From: Amoebophrya sp. A120
Taxonomy: Eukaryota; Protista; Dinoflagellata
Reading direction: 5' to 3'
DNA length: 26,018 nucleotides
Assembly (NCBI GenBank): GCA_905178155.1
Contig: CAJINV010000003.1
Coordinates: forward strand, 239,423 to 265,440
Shown here: positions 12,301 through 21,519 of the stretch, piece after piece
Position numbering within the stretch: the first letter of the stretch is position 1
Layout: every line of letters begins with the position of its first letter
Position numbers and translations under genes: made by a program
Notes under the pieces: generated by a model
Told to the model about the DNA's origin: nothing
Database searches by the model: none
The model's input: only the letters and a program-made list of their open reading frames with translations

Positions 12301-13706
12301 CCTCTTCGACCGGCTTCCTGGAGCGCCAGTTTTTGGCACGCTGGTATCGGCCATAGCATCGGAGTTTGGGTCTGCGTGGTTGACTTTTCGCGACCCCGCC
12401 TGATCGGCGTCAAAAATTGCTAGTTTTGAGCACACCGGGACCCACCATAGCATCGGGGTTCGGGTAGCCGTGGTTGAGTTTTTGCGAGCCTCTCCGACCG
12501 GCTTCCTGGAGCGCCATTTTTTGGCGCGCTGGAATTGGCCATAGCGTCGGGGTTTAGGTCTGCGTGGTTGACTTTTCGTGAACCCGCCCGATCGGCGTCC
12601 GAAGGCGCCGGCTTTGGGCGCGCTAGGACTCACCATAGCATCGGGGTTCGGGTAGGCGTGGTTGACTTTTTACGAGCCTCTCCGACCGGCTTCCTGGAGC
12701 GCCAGTTTTTGGCACGCTGGGATCGGCCATAGCATCGGAGTTTGGGTCTGCGTGGTTGACTTTTCGCGACCCCGCCTGATCGGCGTCAAAAATTGCTAGT
12801 TTTGAGCACACCGGGACCCACCATAGCATCGCGGTTCGGGTAGCCGTGGTTGACTTTTTGCGAGCCTCTCCGACCGGCTTCCTGAAGCGCCAGTTTTTGC
12901 CACGCGGGGATTGGCCATAGCATCGGGGTTTAGGTCTGCGTGGTTGACCTTTCGTGAGTTCTTTCGATCGGCGTCCGAAGTTGCCAGTTTTGGGCACGCT
13001 GGGACTCACCATAGCATCGGGGTTCGGGTAAGCGTGGTTGACTTTTCGCGAGCTCTTCTGACCGGCTTCCGAGATCGCCATTTTTTGGTGCACTGGGATT
13101 GGCCATAGCATCGGGGTTTAGGTCTGCGTGGTTGACTTCTCGTGAACCCGCCCGGTCGGCGTCCGAAGTTGCCAGTTCTGAGCACACTGGGACTCACCAT
13201 AGCATTGGAGTTTGGGTAAGCGTGGTTGACTTTTCACGAGCTCGCCCGACCGCTCTCCGAAAGCGCCACTGTTTGGCACACGGGGAGTGGCCATAGCATT
13301 GGAGTTGGGGTCTGCGTGGTTGACTTTTCGCAAGCGCCCCCAACCCTCCGCCGAATGCACCGGCTTTTGGCAAGCTTGGGCTGGCCGCAGCATCGGGGTT
13401 TGGGTCTGCGTGGTTGACTTTTCGCGAGGCCGCTCGATGGATCTGCGTCCGAAAGTGCCAGTTTTGGGCACACGGGGATCGGCCGTGACATCAAAGTTTG
13501 GGTGGCCGTGGTTGACTTTTTACGAGCCTTTCCGATCGGTCTCCGAGCGTGCCAGTTTCTGGCACACTTGGACTGACCACAGCGTCGGAGTTTGGGTGAG
13601 CGTGGTTGACTTTTCGGGAGCCCTTTTGACCGGCCGCCAAGGATTCCAGGGCCAACTTTTGGCACATTCGGACGGGTGGCCATAGCATCGGAGTTTGGGG
13701 GAGCAG
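9313..13706. repeat. Tandem repeat family C, 94-bp monomer with higher-order units of 188, 376, 514 and 790 bp and a 138-bp deletion derivative
   Basis: The GCGTGGTTGACTTTT motif (slightly variant at 9426) recurs at 9332, 9426, 9520 and 9614. The marker TAGGACTCACC recurs at steps of 514, 790 and 790 (ORF ends 10529, 11043, 11833, 12623). The 46-aa periodicity in the ORF track equals 138 bp. Confidence 0.97.
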
Positions 13707-13718
13707 CCTGGGCTCCAC

Positions 13719-14307
13719 CTAGAAGCACAGCATACCGCCGGGGGCCAGGGGTCATCAGTGCCATGCTTTTCGACGTCCGCCTTGCGCGTTTTCAGACTGG
13801 TATTTTCTTTTCTAGAAAACGCACCGTCCCGCTGGGGGCCAGGGGTTATTTGTGACCCGCTTTTTATCCTCCGTTTATGCGCGTTTTCAAACTGGGCTTT
13901 TCTTTGCTAGAAAACGCAGCGTGCCATCGGGGGCCAGGGCTCATTCTTGCGCCGGCTTTTGTCCCCATTGCGCGTTTTCCAACTGGGCTTTTATGTTCTA
14001 GAAAACGCAGCGTCCCACCGGGGGCCAGGGGTCATTTTTGCCTCGGCTTTTGTCCCCATTGCGTGTTTTCCAATTGGGCTTTTATGTCCTAGAAAACGCA
14101 GCGTCCCACCGGGGGCCAGGGGTCATTTTTGCCCCGGCTTCTGTCCCCGTTGCGCGTTTTCCAACTTGGCTTTTATGTTCTCAAAAACGCAGTGTCCCAC
14201 CGGGGGCCAGGGGTCATTTTTGCCCCGGCTTTTGTCCCCGTTGCGCGTTTTCCAATTGGGCTTTTGTGTTCTAGAAAACGCAGCGTCCCATCGGGGGCCA
14301 GGGGTCA
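13719..14307. repeat. Tandem repeat family D, 91-bp unit, ~6.5 copies
   Basis: CTAGAAAACGCA-like motif at 13812, 13907, 13998, 14089, 14180 and 14271, with a degenerate copy at 13719. Confidence 0.95.
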
Positions 14308-14326
14308 ATGCTTCCAATGAATCCAC

Positions 14327-16383
14327 CTCCCGGCGGAAAACAATCTCCGCCGGGAGAATCTGGGCTTCCGATCCTCCCGGCGGAGAATCTCCGCCGGGAG
14401 AATCTGGGCTTCCAATCCTCCCGGCGGAGAATCTCCGCCGGGAGAACCTGGGCTTCCAATCCTCCCGGCGGAGAATCTCCGCCGGGAGAACCTGGGCTTC
14501 CAATCCTCCCGGCGGAGAATCTCCGCCGGGAGAACCTGGGCTTCCAATCCTCCCGGCGGAGAATCTCCGCCGGGAGAACCTGGGCTTCCAATCCTCCCGG
14601 CGGAGAATCTCCGCCGGGAGAACCTGGGCTTCCAATCCTCCCGGCGGAGAATCTCCGCCGGGAGAACCTGGGCTTCCAATCCTCCCGGCGGAGAATCTCC
14701 GCCGGGAGAACCTGGGCTTCCAATCCTCCCGGCGGAGAATCTCCGCCGGGAGAATCTGGGCTTCCAATCCTCCCGGCGGAGAATCTCCGCCGGGAGAATC
14801 TGGGCTTCCAATCCTCCCGGCGGAGAATCTCCGCCGGGAGAACCTGGGCTTCCAATCCTCCCGGCGGAGAATCTCCGCCGGGAGAACCTGGGCTTCCAAT
14901 CCTCCCGGCGGAGAATCTCCGCCGGGAGAACCTGGGCTTCCAATCCTCCCGGCGGAGAATCTCCGCCGGGAGAACCTGGGCTTCCAATCCTCCCGGCGGA
15001 GAATCTCCGCCGGGAGAACCTGGGCTTCCAATCCTCCCGGCGGAGAATCTCCGCCGGGAGAACCTGGGCTTCCAATCCTCCCGGCGGAGAATCTCCGCCG
15101 GGAGAATCTGGGCTTCCAATCCTCCCGGCGGAGAATCTCCGCCGGGAGAATCTGGGCTTCCAATCCTCCCGGCGGAGAATCTCCGCCGGGAGAATCTGGG
15201 CTTCCAATCCTCCCGGCGGAGAATCTCCGCCGGGAGAATCTGGGCTTCCAATCCTCCCGGCGGAGAATCTCCGCCGGGAGAATCTGGGCTTCCAATCCTC
15301 CCGGCGGAGAATCTCCGCCGGGAGAATCTGGGCTTCCAATCCTCCCGGCGGAGAATCTCCGCCGGGAGAATCTGGGCTTCCAATCCTCCCGGCGGAGAAT
15401 CTCCGCCGGGAGAATCTGGGCTTCCAATCCTCCCGGCGGAGAATCTCCGCCGGGAGAATCTGGGCTTCCAATCCTCCCGGCGGAGAATCTCCGCCGGGAG
15501 AATCTGGGCTTCCAATCCTCCCGGCGGAGAATCTCCGCCGGGAGAATCTGGGCTTCCAATCCTCCCGGCGGAGAATCTCCGCCGGGAGAATCTGGGCTTC
15601 CAATCCTCCCGGCGGAGAATCTCCGCCGGGAGAATCTGGGCTTCCAATCCTCCCGGCGGAGAATCTCCGCCGGGAGAATCTGGGCTTCCAATCCTCCCGG
15701 CGGAGAATCTCCGCCGGGAGAATCTGGGCTTCCAATCCTCCCGGCGGAGAATCTCCGCCGGGAGAATCTGGGCTTCCAATCCTCCCGGCGGAGAATCTCC
15801 GCCGGGAGAATCTGGGCTTCCAATCCTCCCGGCGGAGAATCTCCGCCGGGAGAATCTGGGCTTCCAATCCTCCCGGCGGAGAATCTCCGCCGGGAGAATC
15901 TGGGCTTCCAATCCTCCCGGCGGAGAATCTCCGCCGGGAGAATCTGGGCTTCCAATCCTCCCGGCGGAGAATCTCCGCCGGGAGAATCTGGGCTTCCAAT
16001 CCTCCCGGCGGAGAATCTCCGCCGGGAGAATCTGGGCTTCCAATCCTCCCGGCGGAGAATCTCCGCCGGGAGAATCTGGGCTTCCAATCCTCCCGGCGGA
16101 GAATCTCCGCCGGGAGAATCTGGGCTTCCAATCCTCCCGGCGGAGAATCTCCGCCGGGAGAATCTGGGCTTCCAATCCTCCCGGCGGAGAATCCCCGCCG
16201 GGAGAATCTGGGCTTCCGATCCTCCCGGCGGAGAATCTCCGCCGGGAGAATCTGGGCTTCCGATCCTCCCGGCGGAGAATCTCCGCCGGGAGAACCTGGG
16301 CTTCCGATCCTCCCGGCGGAGAATCTCCGCCGGGAGAATCTGAGCTTGTTATCCTCCCGGCGGAGATTCTCCGCCGGGAGGAT
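14327..16383. repeat. Tandem repeat family E, 44-bp unit containing a 27-bp palindrome, ~46 near-identical copies
   Basis: Unit AATC-CTCCCGGCGGAGA-A-TCTCCGCCGGGAG-AA(T/C)CTGGGCTTCC. The 13-bp arms are exact reverse complements around a 1-nt centre. Confidence 0.99.
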
Positions 16384-16435
16384 CGGGGGAAAAGGATCTG
16401 CTTGACTGAGGGTCTTGAAGCGGATATTTGAAACG

Positions 16436-16506
16436 GATAAAAATAAAACTTTGAAATTTCGTGGATATTCGTGGACGATAAAAATAAAATTTTGAAATTT
16501 CGTGGA
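16436..16506. repeat. AT-rich 30-bp direct repeat pair inside the right end of family E
   Basis: GATAAAAATAAAA(C/T)TTTGAAATTTCGTGGA at 16436-16465 and 16477-16506 (29/30 identical), with a third TTCGTGGA between them. Confidence 0.9.
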
Positions 16507-16544
16507 CCAGGACAACAGCAGCGCGGAAGCTTCTGTTTGGTCTG

Positions 16545-16654
16545 CCCGCCGGGAGGATCTGAGCTTGCAATCCTCCCGCTCCGCTGGGAGAATGTGAGCT
16601 TCCAATCCTCCCGGCGGAAAACAATCTCCGCCGGGAGAATCTGGGCTTCCAATC
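16545..16654. repeat. Outlying degenerate family E units
   Basis: A half palindrome, a shortened unit, then CCTCCCGGCGGAAAACAATCTCCGCCGGGAGAATCTGGGCTTCC, which matches the first unit of the array at ~14326. Confidence 0.85.
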
Positions 16655-16682
16655 CGATTAGGTGACTGTCTGTGTTGGTAAG

Positions 16683-18262
16683 CGTATTTCCAAAGCCCGC
16701 AGTCCCGTCGGGGCCGCAGGTATTATTTTGCCCCGAAAACCTGCGCTGTTTTCGGCTGGTCTGCGTTCTTTTGTGCCTCCGAGCAAAGCCCGTAGCCCCT
16801 TCGGGGTAGCAGGTATTTTTCCGCCGCCGGACTTGCCGCGCTGCCGGCAAGCCCGGAGCCCTTGTTGCGTATTTCCAAAGCCCGTCGTCCCGTTGGGGCA
16901 GCAGGTATTTTTTTGCCCCGAAAGCGTGCGCTTTTTTCAGCTGGTCAGCGGTGTTTTGTGCCTTCCTGCAAAGCCCGTAGTCCCATCGGAGCAGCAAGTA
17001 TTTTTCCGCCGCAGGACTTGCCGCTCTGTTGGCAAGTTCGGAGCCTTTTGTCGTATTTCCAAAGCCCACACCAGTCCCTTCGGGGCAGCAGGTGCTTTCT
17101 GCCCCGAAAACCTGCGCTGCTTTCGGCTGGTCAGCGGTCTTTCGTGCCTTCCTCCAAAGCCCGTAGTGCCGTCGGGGCAGCAGGTACTTTTCCGCCGCAG
17201 AAATTGCCGCTCCGCCGGCAAGCCCGGAGCCCTTTTTGCGTATTTCCAAAGCCCGCAGTCCCGTCGGGGCAGCAGGTATTTTTCCGCCGCAGAACTTGCC
17301 GCTCTGTCGGCAAGTTCGGAGCCTTTTCTCGTATTTCCAAAGCCCGCAGTCCCGTCGGGGCAGCAGCTGCTTTCTGCCACGAAAACCTGCGTTGCTTTCG
17401 GCTGGTCTGTGGTCTTTTGGGCCTTCCTCCAAAGCCCGTAGTCCCGTCGGGGCAGCAGGTACTTTTCCGCCACAGAAATTGCCGCTCTGCTGGCAAGCCC
17501 GGAGCCCTTTTTGTGTATTTCCAAAGCCCGCAGTCCCGTCGGGGCAGCAGGTATTTTTCTGCCCCGAAAACCTGTGTTGCTTTTAGTTTGTCGGCGGTCT
17601 TTTGTGCCTCTCTCAAAAGCCCGTAGTCCCGTCGGGGCAGCAGGTATTTTTCCGCCGCAGGACTTGCCGCGCTGCCGGCAAGCCTGGGGTCTGTTTTGTG
17701 TACTTCTAAAGCCCGTAGTCCCATCGGGGCAGCAGGTATTTTTCGTCCCCGAAAACCTGCGCTGTTTTCGGCTGGTCAGCGGTCTTTCGTGCCTTCCTCC
17801 AAAGTCCGTAGTGCCGTCGGGGCAGCAGGTACTTTTCAGCCACAGAAATAGCCGCTCCGTCGGCAAGCCCGGAGCCCTTTTTGCGTATTTCCAAAGCCCG
17901 CAGTCCCGTCGGGGCAGCAGGTATTTTTCCGCCGCAGAACTTGCCGCTCTGCCGGCAAGTTCGGAGCCTTTTCTCGTATTTCCAAAGCCCGCAGTCCCGT
18001 CGGGGCAGCAGGTGCTTTCTGCCCCGAAAACCTGCGCTGCTTTCGGCTGGTCTGTGGTCTTTTGTGCCTCTCCCTAAAGCCCGTAGTCCCGTCGGGGCAG
18101 CAGGTATTTTTGCGCCGCAGGACTTGCCGCTCTCATCTGTCGGCAAGCCCGGAGCCTGTTTTGTGTACTTCTAAAGCCCGCAGCCCCGTCGGGGCAGCAG
18201 GTATTTTTTTGCCCCGAAAAGCAAAAGCTGTCTTGTTTTTGGCAGGTCTGCGGCCTTTTCCC
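16683..18262. repeat. Tandem repeat family F, ~92-bp unit, 17 copies of two subtypes, with a 645-bp (7-mer) higher-order duplication
   Basis: AAAGCCCG(C/T)AGTCCCGTCGGGGCAGCAGGT-like head at 16692, 16785, 16877, 16970, 17061, 17156, 17248, 17339, 17431, 17523, 17616, 17708, 17801, 17893, 17984, 18076 and 18173. Confidence 0.96.
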
Positions 18263-19660
18263 GCGCACAGAGTAGGAGTTTCTGCCCGTCTCGAAAGCGC
18301 CGAGTCCCCCGCGGGCCGGGGGGGTCTTTACCTGCGGCTTTTCGGCACACGAGAAACGGCATTTTTTGCGCGCAGCGAAAGCGCCTAGTCCCCCGCGGGC
18401 CGGGGGGGTCTTTACCTGCGGCTTTTCGGCACACGAGAAACGGCATTTTTTGCGCGCAGCGAAAGCGCCTAGTCCCCCGCGGGCCGGGGGGGTCTTTACC
18501 TGCGGCTTTTCGGCACACGAGAAATGGCATTTTTTGCGCGCAGCGAAAGCGCCTAGTCCCCCGCGGGCCGGGGGGGTCTTTACCTGCGGCTTTTCGGCAC
18601 ACGAGAAATGGCATTTTTTGCGCGCAGCGAAAGCGCCTAGTCCCCCGCGGGCCGGGGGGGTCTTTACCTGCGGCTTTTCGGCACACGAGAAATGGCATTT
18701 TTTGCGCGCAGCGAAAGCGCCTAGTCCCACGCGGGCGGGGGGGGTCTTTACCTGCGGCTTTTCGGCACACGAGAAATGGCATTTTTTGCGCGCAGCGAAA
18801 GCGCCTAGTCCCACGCGGGCGGGGGGGGTCTTTACCTGCGGCTTTTCGGCACACGAGAAATGGCATTTTTTGCGCGCAGCGAAAGCGCCTAGTCCCACGC
18901 GGGCGGGGGGGGTCTTTACCTGCGGCTTTTCGGCACACGAGAAATGGCATTTTTTGCGCGCAGCGAAAGCGCCTAGTCCCACGCGGGCGGGGGGGGTCTT
19001 TACCTGCGGCTTTTCGGCACACGAGAAATGGCATTTTTTGCGCGCAGCGAAAGCGCCTAGTCCCACGCGGGCGGGGGGGGTCTTTACCTGCGGCTTTTCG
19101 GCACACGAGAAATGGCATTTTTTGCGCGCAGCGAAAGCGCCTAGTCCCACGCGGGCGGGGGGGGTCTTTACCTGCGGCTTTTCGGCACACGAGAAATGGC
19201 ATTTTTTGCGCGCAGCGAAAGCGCCTAGTCCCACGCGGGCGGGGGGGGTCTTTACCTGCGGCTTTTCGGCACACGAGAAATGGCATTTTTTGCGCGCAGC
19301 GAAAGCGCCTAGTCCCACGCGGGCGGGGGGGGTCTTTACCTGCGGCTTTTCGGCACACGAGAAATGGCATTTTTTGCGCGCAGCGAAAGCGCCTAGTCCC
19401 ACGCGGGCGGGGGGGGTCTTTACCTGCGGCTTTTCGGCACACGAGAAATGGCATTTTTTGCGCGCAGCGAAAGCGCCTAGTCCCACGCGGGCGGGGGGGG
19501 GTCTTTGCCTACCGCTTTTTGGCGCGCACAAAGTAGGAGTTTCTGCCCGCCCGTCTCGAAAGCGCCAAGCCCCACGGGGGCCGGGAGGTCTTTTCCCGCT
19601 GCTTTTCGGCGCCCAAAAAGTGGCATGTTCTGCGCGCCGCGAAAGCGCCAAGCCCCACCC
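18263..19660. repeat. Tandem repeat family G, 84-bp unit, ~14.5 near-identical copies plus degenerate flanking units
   Basis: GAAAGCGCC every 84 bp from 18293 to 19469, then at 19558 and 19641. The ORF track shows 28-aa periodicity. Confidence 0.98.
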
Positions 19661-20179
19661 GGACTTAAAGTCAGCGAAAGCGCTAGGACGAGCAGTGCCG
19701 CACCCCTTTCAAATGGCTCAAAAATGAGTCATCGCTGGCAATCCATCTATCGTCGCTTCTTATTACTTAACTTCGCTTACTAGAAATACAGTGATAAGTT
19801 CGAGCGTGCATCGTTGTATCCGAGCGGAGTTGCAGTTTACGTTCCTGAGAGCTCGCCTGCTTCGTGTAGGTCATTGAATTGTATCGAGTGCCTCGTCTGT
19901 CTGTGTCTCGGTGAGTTCGGTCGTTTGTTTGATAGTTTCACTTTGCGTCAGACTTGAAGATATGCAGAGTACGCAACCGCGCCGTTGTATTTGCTATTTC
20001 TCTTTCTCCACAAAATCAGGACGGCGTAGAACTCCCAACCCTTCGTGAACATTTAATTACTGACTGCAGATTCATCAGATTGTCAGCCCCTGATATAATA
20101 TGACATCCAGATCCACCAGTTTCAGTTTGTCACTATAGAGATTTCGGGGTGTAATTCAGTGACTCGAGAAACAGAAATC

Positions 20180-20751
20180 ATGCCGACCCCGCCGTGCTTC
20201 GCGAAGCGTACCGCTACCCTCCCAGATGATCCTTTTGATCGTTTGATGGAGTTGAACAACTATCTGTTACAGTTGAGCCAAGAGGTAGCAGTAACGCAAG
20301 TGAAGATCGCGGAGACCATCTCGATTTGTCGGGCGACACGCACAAGCACTCGCACGGACCAAGCCGTACAAACAGGTATAGAGGAAGCGGAAGAAAAGCT
20401 TATTTAGAAAATAATACTTGCTTCTGAGCCTGAGGCGCAAGGTTCCTATGCCTCCCTGTGCGCCGATTTTTTTTGTTCAAGCATTACCCCTAATTCAGTA
20501 TTGCGAGAAAGACGCATTGGTTTCTAGGGGCAAAGAATGATGTCAGCGTTATGTTTTTATCGAATCAGATGGCATTCTTGGCGACAGTGGTGCCATTGGG
20601 CAGGACCAGGTGGAAGAAGAAGAGGAAATAAAATTGATCGCGGGGGGTAGCTCGAGCAATTGCAATTCCAACTCTATTGACCGCCAACCTCCGTTAGCCG
20701 ACTTTGAACTCCTCGAGAATCGCGACCAAATTGAAGAGGACCATACACTTG
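20180..20751 (+). CDS. Candidate 5' exons (20180-20375 and 20569-~20751), possibly of the kinase gene
   Basis: ATG at 20180 with a coiled-coil-like peptide (RLMELNNYLLQLSQEV). The phase-1 donor CAG/GTATAG at 20376 joins in frame to acceptor CAG at 20568 and the acidic ORF at 20610. The link to the kinase exon is unresolved. Confidence 0.35.
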
Positions 20752-21519
20752 GTAAAAATGATAAATCATCTTCACATCTGCCTATTGATTTGCCTCAAAC
20801 ACCATGTACTCTTAAAAAAACGCATGAGAGAACATAGATTAGATGCATGTCTCTCGTCTTTCCTGTTTCTTCCGGCTCTACCCATGGTTGTATCGCTGTT
20901 TGATGTCAGTGTTTCCTTGGTGGCGTCGTGAGCTTTCTCTAATTTCCACAATTTGAATTTTTGCGCACGTGGTTGTCTCCATAAGTAACAAGTGTAAGTG
21001 TTTCGATTTTGTATGCAGATGGATCATTTTATGAACGTACGGTGGTGGAATGGACCCACCCGAATTGGCAATGGCATTGCTCATACGTAGTTAATTGCAG
21101 GACGACTCTTGGTACCTGCGGCAAGCGCGAGTTTTTTTTAAGAAGCAGCGGACTTTTTCGAAAAAACAGGTACGAATCCGGCTCATAAAAAGCGCAGCGC
21201 AGCTTCCACGCCGCTGGAGGAGCACATGGACGGCGGGCTTTCTGCACTCGGGGTGCAGCGGCCGAAGGTCGCGCGGCGACTCAGCGGTATTTATATTCTG
21301 CTTGAGCACGACGCGAAGTAGATTTCCACGTTTTTAGGAAGAATGTAAAGCGCGTCTCTTTCATTCATGGCCACGAAATCACGGATCGTTTTCGGTAGAA
21401 TCCTGTTTGACAAGAATCTACCTTACTTAGATGTAGATCGGTTTTTTTGTTCTCGCCTGCGAAAAGGACGAGAAGGTACTTGATCCTGTCATCTGACAAG
21501 GGAGAGGATAACCACACAG

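Noticed and set aside
8345-13764. Repetitive ORFs over families B and C (likewise A, F, G and H)
   Set aside because: Overlapping frames on both strands, unit lengths mostly not multiples of 3, and R/P/G/A-rich translations typical of GC-rich repeats.
14327-16383. CRISPR-like or guide-RNA array (palindromic repeat plus spacer)
   Set aside because: The 17-bp linkers are essentially identical rather than unique spacers, no cas-like gene is visible, and the context is eukaryotic.
13947-17432. Very long ORFs (654-1053 aa) on both strands over family E
   Set aside because: The 44-bp unit has no stop in any frame, so every frame gives the same 44-aa cycle. This is an artefact and gives no coding evidence.
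19713-19783. Hairpin ATGGCTCA-AAAA-TGAGTCAT followed by CTAG as a Helitron 3' end; TGGCTCAA as a dinoflagellate spliced-leader relic
   Set aside because: The CTAG is ~47 nt from the hairpin, too far for a typical Helitron end, and the stem is weak. Only 8 nt match the spliced leader.
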